A DNA stretch of 64,000 nt, taken from NCBI RefSeq assembly GCF_009914755.1, contig NC_060929.1. One strand, 5' to 3'. The number at the start of each line of letters is the position of its first letter. Within the stretch, counting starts at the first letter, position 1. This document shows, piece by piece, positions 17,501 through 30,423 of this stretch. This stretch comes from the human T2T-CHM13v2.0 reference genome, Homo sapiens. The notes beneath the pieces were generated by a model. The model searched no databases. It saw nothing but the letters and a program-made list of their open reading frames with translations, and was not told the origin of the DNA. Both the position numbers and the translations under genes were made by a program.

Positions 17501-19138
17501 TATGGATGTAAGGCACAGTGCTTGGCACATGAGTGAGCACAGAAAGAGTAGCCTCTTTTCCTCTTACTATTGTCATTGTCATTGATGCAAATGCAGTTTG
17601 CTTTCCAACATCTTTCCAAAATATATAAAGCCATTCACTCTAGTTTTGGTCCCAGCAATTATGCCCCGTTAACTTCTTCAATAAATTTAACAATGATTCC
17701 TAGGTTCCATATTAGCTATTCTAGTGGATGCATTGAGGTATCGCATTGTGGTTTTAATTTGCAGTTCCCTGATGATTAATGATGTGGATTATAATGATGT
17801 TGTACACTTCTTAGGACATAATAGAAAACTCAGATATTATTATTATAATTTAAATTCTTTCTCCCTAATTATATAACTGAACCCTTTTCACACTGATTTT
17901 TTTTCAAGGATCTTGCCCATTCACCTGTCTTTGAGAGAGCATTCTGTGGTTTGCCCTGATCAAATTAGTGTTTAATTACCTGAAAAGACACCCGAAAACT
18001 GGAGATTTCCTCATTTTCAGAACCAGTGATTTCCCTGGTTACTCCCTTTTAGATTTTTAAATAAGAGTTGTCCTGCAGTGATCCCAAGACCCTGCTGGGG
18101 CCTCTTCTCCATTGAGAGATACATTTACTTGTCTCTATCGTTTGTTTGCTTTCTTAAATTTGTGTTCTATTCATGACAAAACTTTCCAATTCCTAACCAC
18201 AACCCCTAAAAATACAATCTTTAAGAGTGGGGTGTGCGTGTGTGTGTGACTAGGTCAATGGGTTGGGAAAGTTCAAATCGTGAACTCACTTAGCAACATG
18301 CAACATTAGGTTTATATTCCTGCCTCCCTTGCTTGATGAAACCAGTCAAATTTCTGTTCAAGTTTCAGCAAAATTCCACTTTAAATGATGATATGACTTT
18401 AAGTGGAGGAAACTATCTTATAGCATTTTGGAGGAAAAGGAAGGGAGGCTGACAGGCAAAGTTGTTAAATGTTAAATCAAAAGCTGAAAAGTCATTGAAT
18501 GCAAAATAATTCAAACTCCAAGTGAGAGAGTTCAGGAGGGACTTCTCAGAATGAAGGGGAAAAAAAATGTCAAACCAGCAGTAATTGAAGGAAAAGTCAA
18601 ATGGAGGGTAGAAGTCTCCCTTCTCAGAAGCAAAGGGCTGCTCTGTCTTTATTGCCTCCCCCAGTCTCCCGCCTTTTTAAACTGGGGACGAGGAAGGTGA
18701 TAAAGCCTAGAGAAGATAGATGGAGGGAGGGCAGGGCAATCTGTGGCTGAGCAAGAGCTGCAGGGGCAGAGGCCGAGAGGCCCCAACTTGGGCTAAAAGG
18801 GTCTGAGAACCGGGCAAAAAGCTGCCAACAGCAGGAATATGAATTAAGGAGGGTGACCTTACAGAAATAGAAAGAATGACCTCTCTCTAAAATCTACAGA
18901 AAAATGATGAGGATATTAGCTAGTTAGGAAAAAAAAAGTCATTGCAGATTGGGGTATGAAAAGACCTTAGAGATTGCAGAACCCACCCTGTGTTTTATGG
19001 ATGGCCAACAGCTGAGAAAAATGAGCCATGGGTCCAGACTAGTCTACCAAAGTATAATATGTTTGTATTTGAACTAAAAAAAAGATAATGTCCCCAATCT
19101 TCAAAGAAATTGTATAGTCCTAGAAGATACGCTTTTAA

Positions 19139-19592
<454 letters not shown>

Positions 19593-19605
19593 TGAAAGAA
19601 ATAAT

Positions 19606-19731
19606 GGCCCTGAGTGGTGGTTCACACCTGTAATTCTAGCACTTTGGGAGGCCAAGGTGGGAAGATTTCTTGAGACCAGAAGTTCAAGGCTGCAGTGAGC
19701 TGTGATCACATCATTGCACTCCAGCGTGGGT
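19606..19731 (+). mobile_element. Alu monomer (FAM/FRAM-like)
   Basis: ggccctgagtggtggttcacacctgtaat...gctgcagtgagctgtgatcacatcattgcactccagc. Confidence 0.85.
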
Positions 19732-19732
19732 T

Positions 19733-20019
19733 AGAGGGAAAGGGAAGGGGAGGGGAGGGGAGGGGAGGGGAAGGGAAGGGAAGGGAAGGGAGAAGGAAGG
19801 AAGGAGAAGGGAAGGAAAGAAGGAAAGAAGGGAAGGAAGGAAGGAGGAAAGAAAGAAAGAAAGAGAGAAAGAAAGAAAGAGAAGAAAGGAGGGAGAGAGA
19901 GAGAGAGAAAGAAGGAAGGAAGAGAGAGAGAAGGAAGGAAGGAAAGAGAGAAAGAGAAGGAAGGAAAGGAAGGAAGAAAGAAAGGGAAGGAAGGAAGACA
20001 AGAAAGAAAAGAAAGAAAG
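19733..20019. repeat. Homopurine (GA-rich) compound microsatellite
   Basis: About 290 bp almost entirely G/A: GGGGA, GGGAA, GGAA, GAAA and GA blocks. Confidence 0.95.
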
Positions 20020-20179
20020 ATCATCATGTTTGGTGCTTAATCAAAAGTTCCATACATTTTAATTTTTTAAAAAATAGATATGCTAGTTGAACAGTGTTGT
20101 GACATGCAAGTTCAATGCTATATACCAGAGGCAGAATGGATCAGGGCCAATGAAGACAAGGGCCTTCACCCCTGCCACC

Positions 20180-20570
20180 CTCATCTCTAGCCTGGGCCTA
20201 GCTTGGACTGCTATGAGAGCCTTCAGCTGGTCTTCCTGCCTCCTGTCTTGCCCTCTTCCAATCCATCTTCTGCACTATGCCTCAGAGTGACCTCTCTAAA
20301 ATACAACCTAATCATATCACTCTCTTGCTGAAACTATTGGTAGCAACTCACTGACCACAGCATAGATTCAAAACTCCTTAGCATCCCTGTCCTCTTCTCT
20401 GTCCTTCTCTCTAGTAGTTCCCCTCCTAACAGACATTCAAGCTCTAATGATTGCTTCTTACCTTAGCTCATCAGGCCACTTCATCTCTGTGTCTTTGCTA
20501 GCAGTTCGCTTCTGCCTAGAATGTCCTTCTCCCCTTCCTTCTCTACTTAGAGAACTTCACCTCAATGCTC
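20180..20570 (+). mobile_element. L2 fragment
   Basis: catctctagcctgg...cagagtgacctctctaaaat...ctgcctagaatgtccttctcc. Confidence 0.75.
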
Positions 20571-20583
20571 GAGGTTCAAAGCA

Positions 20584-20706
20584 GGCCGGGCCCAGTGGCT
20601 CCCAGCAATTTGGGTGGCCAAAATGGGAGGATCACTTGAGGTCAGGAGTTCAAGACCAACCTGGTCAACATAGGAAGACCCCATCTGTATATTTAATAAA
20701 AAAAAA
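20584..20706 (+). mobile_element. FLAM-type Alu monomer
   Basis: ggccgggcccagtggctcccagca...gaggtcaggagttcaagacc followed by an A tail. Confidence 0.85.
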
Positions 20707-20835
20707 GATTTTCCTCATACTCCCGGTTAAAACTGATCATCCCTATGATGATGTCTCACTCCTTCTTGCACACTTATCATAACACCTATAATATTTTATT
20801 GCACTTATTTATATACAAATTTATGTTAGAGAAAT

Positions 20836-20970
20836 CAGTGGTTTTCAAACTTTAATGCATATAGTTTGCATTGAGACTTATCCAGTGTATAAGACTCATC
20901 CAAGAAATTTCTTTAAAATGCAGAATTCCTTGGCTTCACCCTCAAAGATTCTGCTTCAGTAGGCTGGCAT
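20836..20970. mobile_element. MER5-like DNA transposon fragment
   Basis: cagtggttttcaaacttt...aaaatgcagaattcct...agattctgcttcagtagg. Confidence 0.65.
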
Positions 20971-22063
20971 CAGAGGGTTTCACAGACACTCCTGAGCCTA
21001 AGGAAAGCTTATGCTAAAGAAGGTCTGTCTTTACCTGAGTGAGGCACCATTTTGCCAAGGACAGAGGGCACTGCTGGTTTGTTCCACCCGCTTCTCCCCA
21101 ATCATTGACTCACAGGAGTATGAGCTTGAGAGGTCCCAACACCCCCTTCTTCCCCTCCTACTCTCTCAGGGGTAAAATATGCAAAACTCATTTATATTCC
21201 CACAAGTAGGTGAGAATAACATTCTGGGCCATCACCATTCAATAATGGAAGCTTTGTGCAAAGTAGTGACAGGTGAGAGGAATGATTTCATTTTTCACTT
21301 TGACAATTGGGTGAAGCAGATTCCTGGCAGTTCTGCAAAGGTTTTATGCCCACATAGTTACCCAAGGGATCTGCTTAGCAACCAAGAGATGCTGCAAGGA
21401 GAAGAAAACAGCAGCGGTGTCTTGTAACTGAGATGCTGGAGTACAGAGAGGAGAGAGGGGACAGCCCTGCCTAGGGGCTACTGCTTGTTCTCTGGTCTCC
21501 AAAGAGACTGGTCCTGAATGTCCCAGCCCCTCTCCCCTACCCAGAGCCCATGCAGAGCTCACCGTGCTGGAAGCATCGTTCCCCAAGGGGCCTGGCTATG
21601 CTTTACTAGATTGCTTCTTTGTACAACTGTTTTTTCTAAGTATAAAATTCAACCTATTTGTTGAAAGTTTTGAGGGAGTTCAATAAATAGCATCTTCTTC
21701 TATGCCTGGGTTTTGTAATGAGAAATAGACCAAAAAGGAGGCATTTGGCAAAGTAAATATGACCAGTTCCCTAATAAAGCTGATATTGCAGAATGAGGTT
21801 TGTATCTCCAGGCAAGGGGGCTTTTTAATATTGAACTCCAGAATGGAATTTAACCCCCTAAACAACAGCCCCTCCAATCCTCCCCGTCTCCCACAGAGCA
21901 GGGCCCTACCCTCTAATACTACCACGAGCTAAGACCATCCAGAAGACTTGCTCTTGGCTGGTAGGTTGACTCCCTAGAGGAAGGGGAGTGGCGGGATTTG
22001 GGCAATCCCAGTGTCTCTCCTACACCACCAAACTAGTAACTCTTTCAGCCTCTCAGGGCAGAG

Positions 22064-22084
22064 TGAGTCAGGGGCCTATAAAAA
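22064..22084 (+). promoter_or_regulatory. AP-1 site next to a TATA box (candidate promoter)
   Basis: TGAGTCA 22064-22070 and TATAAAAA 22077-22084; GC-box-like ggggagtggcggg about 85 bp upstream. Confidence 0.3.
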
Positions 22085-22220
22085 CCTCAGGGTTACCTTC
22101 CCAAGGCAGGAAACATCAGACTTGAATCCAGGCATTTCCCCCAACCCAATCATGTTTACTGTTAAAAGCTTTGGGAAATACATGAAAAGTAAAAGAATAA
22201 AATACAAATTGTAAGATATA

Positions 22221-22396
22221 CTATATTTTTTCTATTCTAAGGCACATATCTCTTACTTTATCATATTTCTTAAATCAGGACAGGTTTTATAATTGATGCA
22301 TGTTTAATGTTCTATTATTATTTCTTCTTAAAAGACTTTTGTTAAGCATCCAGTGCCTCTTTGAGTTGTTAGTATCTTGGAAATAAAGAAATATGG
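22221..22396. mobile_element. MER104-like TcMar/Tc2 MITE
   Basis: About 176 bp, degenerate terminal inverted repeats (ctatatttt...ttctaag / cttggaaat...aaatatgg), TA on both flanks. Confidence 0.65.
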
Positions 22397-22907
22397 TAAA
22401 TTTAATTTTTTTCTTAAAAGATAGCTATTATACTAGCGCATCTTCCTGTGCCAATAAGTAGTGAAGACTTGTTGTATAATAACTACAAAATATCTCATCA
22501 TCTGGATGTACTAGAATACACTCAACTCATCTCTACTCCTTGGCATTTAAGTTGTTGTTTTGCTTTGTTTTAGTATTGTAGATAAATTTCCTTGTGTCTA
22601 AATCATTGCTCCAAATATGATTTCTTCCCCTTAATAACAGGTCCTCCACTTCAGCATATTAGCCTTTTTAAATCTCTTGGCTTCCTATGTCCATATTGTC
22701 CCTCAAAGAAGTTATCCAGCTTCACTTCTCATCGGTATTGCCTGAGAATCCTCTTAGGCAATTGTGCTGAGAATTGTCTCTCAGCACAGTCGGCAGCTCT
22801 GAATATGATAGGGCTCTGTTATAAGGTGGCTAGTCTTTTTACACATTCAAAGGTTGTCCATCTTCATGTTTATCCTGTCACTCCTTGTCAACCCTCCCTC
22901 CTTCAAG

Positions 22908-25870
22908 TTCAGTCCAGAGCGTCCTGGAAGAAAATGAACAAGCTCAGAGGACAGGGTCAAGCACACACATGCTCATTGTTGTCACCAAGCTTTGCCACCA
23001 GATCCAACACAGTACCATACAGTGCGCTGCTAGGCTAGGCTGGCTGATGTGGAGAGTGGTTTTGCCTAGGTGAGAGACAATCCCACAGCCAAAGCAGGCA
23101 AAGAAGCGCCCACAGACAGCCTCCCCTCTGTCTATACCCATGGCACGGAGGCACCACGGAGCGAGCACTGCCCAGGCAGTGGCAGGCACAGCATTTGTCT
23201 GGATGCCTGGAGCATGCTGGTTTTGTCCCTCCCTGCACCCCCTTCTCTCTCTCTTTACCCCACTGTTCAGGATTGGAAGGACCTGCTTCCTCTGGAGGCC
23301 AAGGAGCATCACTGATGTGGTTGCTGGGCTGTGTTTTGGTCTCCAACGAGCCCTCCAGAGGCGGCAAGGGGAGGTGCAGGCCTGGGTTGGATGGTGCCAC
23401 GCAGCACATCTTAAGCAGCAGCTACTCTGGAACAGGCAGCACTAAGTGCTGGAGGAAAGACAAGATCTCATTTCTGTTGAGAGCTGCTTATGGCAGTGGT
23501 TCCACGGAACCCGTCCCCATTCCGACCCATCTGCTCGGTCCTTGGGTATAGGCAGGGGACTCTGCTGGGGAGGAGCACCATGAGCTCGCTCCTCAGAACC
23601 ATGGGCAGAAGCAGATTGGACCGTCGCAAATGCAAACCTGGGTGTTTAGTAGAGAAAAAAATCTTTTCAACTCTTGGCTCTCCAGAGAATAATGTACCAA
23701 AACAAAATGGATCCTGAGGACATCTCTCAGCGGGGTGACTTCTACCCAGGTTAAGTAGAAAATTCCAGGAGCTTAATATGCCCAAATCACAACTTATTGT
23801 TTACCTGCTTCTCCACTGGGGTAGAGATCCTCTTGGGAGCTTCAGGTCAAGTGTTTTAGAGTAGAATTTGGTTGGACTGTTCTGGGTTAGATGGCTCACA
23901 GATGGGCTAAGCTCCTTCAAGCTATGGCAGTTTATGTTTAAGCAGTGTCTAGAATTAAGGGGGCTTATAGGATTTCCCAGCCAGGTAATGCCCTAGGGTA
24001 GGGCTCACTGGTAAAAGAGCCCAAGGAGAATTCCCAAGGGTCACTGCCAGGACAGTGGATTTAGACAGGAGAGAAGGGCAGTTTGAATGGCCAGTCTCTA
24101 AGGTCTCGGGGTCTAAGGAAGAGACTCTTTCTTGAAATAGGGCAGGAGAGCAGAGTGTTTGATTTGCAATCGTGGGGCAGATTCTGCCAGTCAGGCAGAT
24201 TGCCCTCTCTGAGGGCATTCCCCTCAGAGAGACTACAGCCTTCCCTGGGGCTTTCCTTCAAAGGGACTCAAAGGAGATTTGGAGGGAACTCTCCAAGGGT
24301 CAACATCTTATCAGTCCAGTAGGGCTCTGAGAGTTGACCCAGTCATTTTATTCAACCCTGGCAGAGCAGAGAAGATTGGGGAAGTTGAGTCAGACACAAT
24401 CCCATGCCCCATAGATCCTCACAGGAGAGGCAGAAAGGGGGCCCATGGGCTTATTTTTCCTGAGGTTCCATCTGTACAATGAGACTTCCTGCCTGGGGGC
24501 AGGGTGGGGGAATAACCTGAGGGTCTCTCCAGCCAGCGGGGAGAGGAACTTGGTCAAGTCCCCTGAACTGGGTTGGTCGCTGTGTTAGGAGAATGGGGGG
24601 AGCCTGCAGAGTCAGCTGGAGGGAAAGTGGCTTTCTGTGTTGGGGCTTCCCCACTATCGACACTGCAGAGGCTGTACCTTCTGCCCACCATTTGAAAGAG
24701 ACATCATGGAACGTAAAAAAAAAAAAAAAAAAAAAAGAAGAACTCAAAGGTAATAAGGAAGATTTAAATCCTATAATCAAAGAAAACTAAGAAGTTAAGA
24801 TGGGCTGAAAGCCAAACATTTTAAACAAGAAAAGACATTTAAAAATAAGCTTTAACATAAGCAAGTTTGTTTAATATTTCAATATAAAAAAGGAAGAAAA
24901 AAACCTAAAAATAAGTTTGTTTTTTAAAATGACAGAAATAAAAGGCCTCAAGTTCAAAAAGTAAAATTTAAGAAATTTTTAATCTATGAAGTTGGAAGAA
25001 GAGTTAAAATCCCAATGAAAGAACATTGAGTTTTTTTTTTTTTTTAAGACAAGATACAACTAGATGAGATTTAAAATAAGATAAATGGCTGGACTCCAAT
25101 AAAGATTAAAAACCTAAAAATGAAGCTATACATGATTAAAATAAAAACCAAGAGCCATTGAGGCGAAAGTTAAAAACATGTTAGTAAGTGAAGCTAACAA
25201 TATCGTAAGAATTGTAAACACTATAAAATAAAAAGAAAAAAATCCAAGATAAAGTGAAAGTGAAGAGTTTTTAAATTTGGAGAGAGGGTAAAAGACCAAC
25301 AGGCTGAGGACCAAGCAGCAGGCAACGCCTTCCAACGGCGTGCAGGTCCCAGGCACTCCTGCTTCTCCTGGGGAGTTGCCTCCAGGTCAATGGGGGGTCA
25401 TTTATTTTGTGGGGTGAAGAGTCAAGAGGCAGGAAATCAAGAGCTCCTCTCCCCCTCCTTGTCCTAGACATCGTCCCCAGAGGCTCACGCCTTGGTCTGA
25501 CTCTGATGGTAATTCTCCTTGCTCCTCCATTCATGGAGGTGCAGAAGGAAAATAATTTTTCAGAGCTGCTGCAGCCATGAGTCAGGGGAAACTGTCTTAG
25601 ATCCTGCTGGGCCCCGCCTCCCCACAGGAAAAAGGAGAAGACATGGAAATGGGTGGAGAGAAAATCAAACATGGATTGAGGGTACACTGTCTAGAACTGT
25701 GAACCGTTCACTTCAAACGCCTTCTTTTTGTGTCTTCTGCATCAGAACCTGAATACCAGTGGCAGGAAGTTCATCTTCTGCAAAGTTGCTAAAACTATCC
25801 CATATGTAATTATATATTCTTACTGTATTGGCTCAAAATTGTGCAGAATAAAGTGTAACCTAAAGAGAAA
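22908..25870 (+). ncRNA. Candidate spliced transcript (putative exons ~22908-23069, 23271-?, 25746-~25870)
   Basis: Donor TAG|GTGAGA at 23070, long pyrimidine tract plus CAG at 23270, acceptor at 25745, AATAAA 25847-25852; motif evidence only. Confidence 0.3.
24715..25275 (+). mobile_element. A-rich segment, possibly decayed L1 ORF1/HAL1
   Basis: Strong A-skew and spacing reminiscent of ancient L1 ORF1 coiled-coil DNA; no intact frame. Confidence 0.35.
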
Positions 25871-26410
25871 CCAAAAATAGTTACTTGATTTCCTTTGCCA
25901 AATTGCCTTGAAAAATGTAAATGCGTGAAACTTTAAAATTAGGTAATCAGCTAACAAGTATTTGTTGAGTATCCTGTGTTGGGAGCCTGGCAAGCTTCCC
26001 TGGAAGCAATGAAGACAGACTTCCTGGCCTCAGCTGGGCACAGAGGGCCACGAGCTGAGTGCAGGCTGGTGTTCATTACTGTGACCTACTTTTCATCAGT
26101 CTGATAGCCAAACAATATAGTGTGTGGATGCTTGTTCCTCTAGGATCTCTCTTTGGCCCACTACTAAGGCATCCAGGTTTGTTTGTTTGTTTTTGTTTTT
26201 CTTTGAGAAGATATCATTACCGCAAGCAAGTGGGGATTCTATAGAAGTGCTGTGCTTTATATCTACTCCTTAACTTGCATCCTTCTGCCTCAGACCATGC
26301 TGCAGGTCTGATTACACAGCCTCAACGGCAGCAGGTAGGATCCTCTTGGAAGAGCTTGGATGACATTTTAAAATTAATCTCTGACTTTCATGTTTCTGTT
26401 TATTATTGTG

Positions 26411-26622
26411 TGTCTTAGTTCATTCAGGCTGCTTTAACAAAATACCTGAGACTGGATAATTTACAAACCACAGAAATTTACTGCTCACAGTTCTGGAGGC
26501 TGGGAAGTTCAAGATCCAAGTGCTAACAGATTCAGTGTCTGGTGAGGGCTCACTCTCTGCTTCATAGATGATGCCTTCCTGCTGAGTACTCACATGGTGG
26601 AGGGGGCAAACAAGCTCCCTCA
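26411..26622 (-). mobile_element. MaLR LTR fragment (MST/MLT1A-like)
   Basis: tgtcttagttcattcaggctgct...cacagttctggaggctgggaagttcaagatc. Confidence 0.85.
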
Positions 26623-28024
26623 GTTCCACACAAATCTGGGAAGAACACCTACTTCCAGCACTGTGGACACATTTCATTACCTGCACTCAGAAACAGTGTG
26701 CTGAGCCCTTTCCTGAGTTTCTTCCTGGAGCCCTTTCCTCCCTAAGTTTTGGACACAGGGCCATGGAGTCAGCTCCAGGGCTAACACATGACACAGACAC
26801 CATGCTGTCCTCCAAGAGGAATGTATCCTCTCCCCATTCTTTCAACAAAAATGATCCTCATTCAGGTCATCTCCTAGCAGGGCCTCTGTCAGTCAACCAG
26901 ACATGATCCCTAGTGCTGGATCCTATCTGGGAGTCTTCCTCCAAACATAAAATTGACCCTGTGACTAAGAGTGAAGCATTTGTCCATCCTGAGCCTTTGT
27001 TTCTTCATCTAGAAAACGTGACTTGCCCTTTTTATGTCAGCAATGAGTATCCAATGAGATGATGACCAAGCACTTTTGAAAGGTGTAAAGTCATAGATGA
27101 TGCTGAGTTGGGGAAAACCAGGAGTCGATTGCTTTGAGTTCTTTCAGCCCAGAGTGGTAAACTCGTGGGAGAGTTGATTTCCATTTCCCGAATTACATCT
27201 CCCTGGCCTCGTTTATACTTTCTTTAGCAAAAGATTAAACCTTACATGAATTACTTACATACCTTAGTGGTATCTTGCCAAGAGACTTAAAAATGTCACA
27301 GATACTGGGGGTGGGGTATGGCGAAGGATTGCCTAGGTGGGAAGGCACTCAGGGAAAAAGAGAAAGAAAATCAGAGGCTACGTGCTGTAAAATAAATCCA
27401 AACATGTAGGCCCAGCAGTCCCAATACAGAATAGACTGGATAAATGAAGCTAATTAGTTCACTAGCTTGTGAAGCAAAGCTACAGCAAGGATTGACTGTG
27501 GGGTTGGCAGTTATTCACCCTTGCCCTTGCCCTTGCCTGCAGCCACAGCAGACGTTACTAATGGATTATAGCACTCTTTCTCTCTGGGCTGACACTTGAC
27601 CTCCCATTCCTTCTCAACAAAATGCTTAATGGTTTGGATTGGAGGTAGCCTCTTAGACGAAGCTAATTTTTTTAAGCTAGTAGGCTTGAAGACTGTAGTT
27701 AGATCAGGAGAGCCCACATAACAAGAGTACATGGAAGCTACATTCATTAAGGAAAAAAAAAAAGCTTTGTGGCCATATGCTGGAAGAAACTGCTTCATGA
27801 GGGGTTTGGGCAATTGGTGGTGGTTTGTGGAAGGACCATGGACCAAGTGAAGACCAGTAGAGGAGGGAGAGGGTCAGAGCCTGCTGCTGTAGGATCCCTG
27901 AGCCTGCTGCTCATCTCCCCTGAAGCCTCCCCTAGTGTGTGTGTGCAGGTGCGCAAGAGAGCGTGCACACACACACGCACATGCACAATTAATCCCCTAA
28001 ACTGTGACACCTATTTAGATATTT

Positions 28025-28190
28025 GGTAGCTTACATTTAAATTTAAATTAATTAAAATGAAATACATCTAAAAACATAGTTCTTCAGCTGCACTAGCTGC
28101 ATTTCAATTGCTCAGTAATCACCCATGGCTACAGTATTGGGCCACAGAGACAGAGAGCATTTCCATCACCACAGAGAGGTCTCTTGGCAA
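28025..28190. mobile_element. MER3-like hAT-Charlie fragment
   Basis: ttaaatttaaattaattaaaat...gcactagctgcatttcaattgctcagta...catttccatcaccacaga. Confidence 0.75.
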
Positions 28191-29569
28191 CCTAAAGCAA
28201 ATCCCATGGTATATCTTACTTATAACTTTGCTTAATAGCCCAGCATCACAGGCCCATCCTCTCCTGGTGGGAGTTAGTCACACAGGCTTATTAATAGAAA
28301 CTCACCTCTTGAATCCCTCCCTCATCTGCGCAGACAGAGGGATCAGGCAGGGGGAAAGAAGGAGAAAACACACAATTTCAAGAATTGAAATTATTTTTCT
28401 CCAACATGAAAGTTACAGGAAGAACAGATGGCACTTTTTGAAAAATGAAAATCTGGGATCAAAGAGAAGGAAAGTGCCAAGAATGAGTCTCAGGGCTGCT
28501 GTTGATTTTTCCTGACCGCCCCAGCCAACTCAACATGATCATTGTTGTTTCTGTTAAACACACACAAATGTTCTGAGTTTGAAGATTGTCTCTGCGTTGC
28601 AGAGAGAACTCTTACTTTTATATTCAGTTGAAAAGAAGGTACTATGGTTTGCCCAAACTTTTTATGATTCTATGATTTCCTATTCTGCCTGCCTGTCGGC
28701 TGTTTTGTGTATGAGGCAGAACAGATAGCTTTGACCTTGGAGCTGCTCCACGGGAGTTTCTGCAGATGGTTCTTAATAATAAGGTGTTTGCTCATTTGTT
28801 CCTAGGTTCTTTTATTTCAAAATAAAAGTGCAGCCAAATTGACCCATGGGGAGAAACAGATTAGGCAGAAAATAGCATCTCTTTAGATTTCTTACTCTAA
28901 AGTACTGATCCCATCTTCCCATGAAATTGCCCCACCAGGATGCTGGCAATCACAGACACGGGCAGGCCAGAGGGAGGCGAAGCAGGACCCTTAGTTCCGG
29001 GCAGCCACCTGCTGAGGGCCAGGAAAGTCAGCTGAGGCTGGGAGGACAGCCTGAGAGGCCATGATCCAGAGTCCAGGGGGTCAGTGAGAGGGCAGGCCCA
29101 AGCTGTTCCAGCTGCCAGGCAGGCACCTCGGAGGCGAGCACAGGCCATTTCCCCACCAGCCTGGTCCAGGTGGCCTCGAGGCTACAGGGGTCATCTGGGA
29201 ATGGGTCCTGCCCCTGCTTGAGGCAGAGATGAAATCTGGGTCTATCAGACCTGAGGGACTTTTAGGATCCTCTTCCTAGGTCCCCACAAAGTGCCTGAAG
29301 ATAGGAAACACTTGATGTGCTTGTTAAGCACAGAGCACCGGGGCCTGAGCTTGGTTGCGGGGGGTATTTAACAAGCTACTCAGTGACTCTGACCCGAGGA
29401 AAGTCTAGGAAATACTCCTCTACCCAGTGGTTCTCAAGCTGCACCCCACAGAGCCCTGAGGTCTCTCAAGGATTCTTCAACACTACAGGTGTGGCATAAA
29501 AGTGAGAAGGAAGGATGAGTGTGCGAAACTCAAGGCCCCCACCCCTGCTGCAACCTGATAATGGTGAAT

Positions 29570-30105
<536 letters not shown>

Positions 30106-30271
30106 ACTCCTTCCCATTACGTCATGCTAACCTTGAAGAAGCTCCACTTATATTTGTTTTATCTGTTATTGGGGGCCTTGTCTACAGAATGTATTCTATT
30201 GCTAATACAAATTTGAAAATATTAACTTAAAAACACACACACACCATTTATAAATCTAGAATAGGAGAGGA

Positions 30272-30420
30272 GGCCGGGCATGGTGGCTTACACCTGTAAA
30301 CCCAGCACTTTGGGAGGCTGGGGTGGGCAGATTGCTTGAGCCCAGGAGTTCAAAAGCATTCTGGGAAATATAGTGAGACCCCCCCGCCCCACCTTAAAAA
30401 ATTAAAAAAAAAAAAAAGAA
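30272..30420 (+). mobile_element. FLAM-type Alu monomer
   Basis: ggccgggcatggtggct...cttgagcccaggagttc...gtgagacccc followed by an A tail. Confidence 0.88.
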
Positions 30421-30423
30421 AAG

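Noticed and set aside
19695-20090. 131-aa Arg/Lys/Glu-rich ORF and its antisense Leu/Ser/Phe ORFs
   Set aside because: Translation of a GA-rich simple repeat that lacks stop codons
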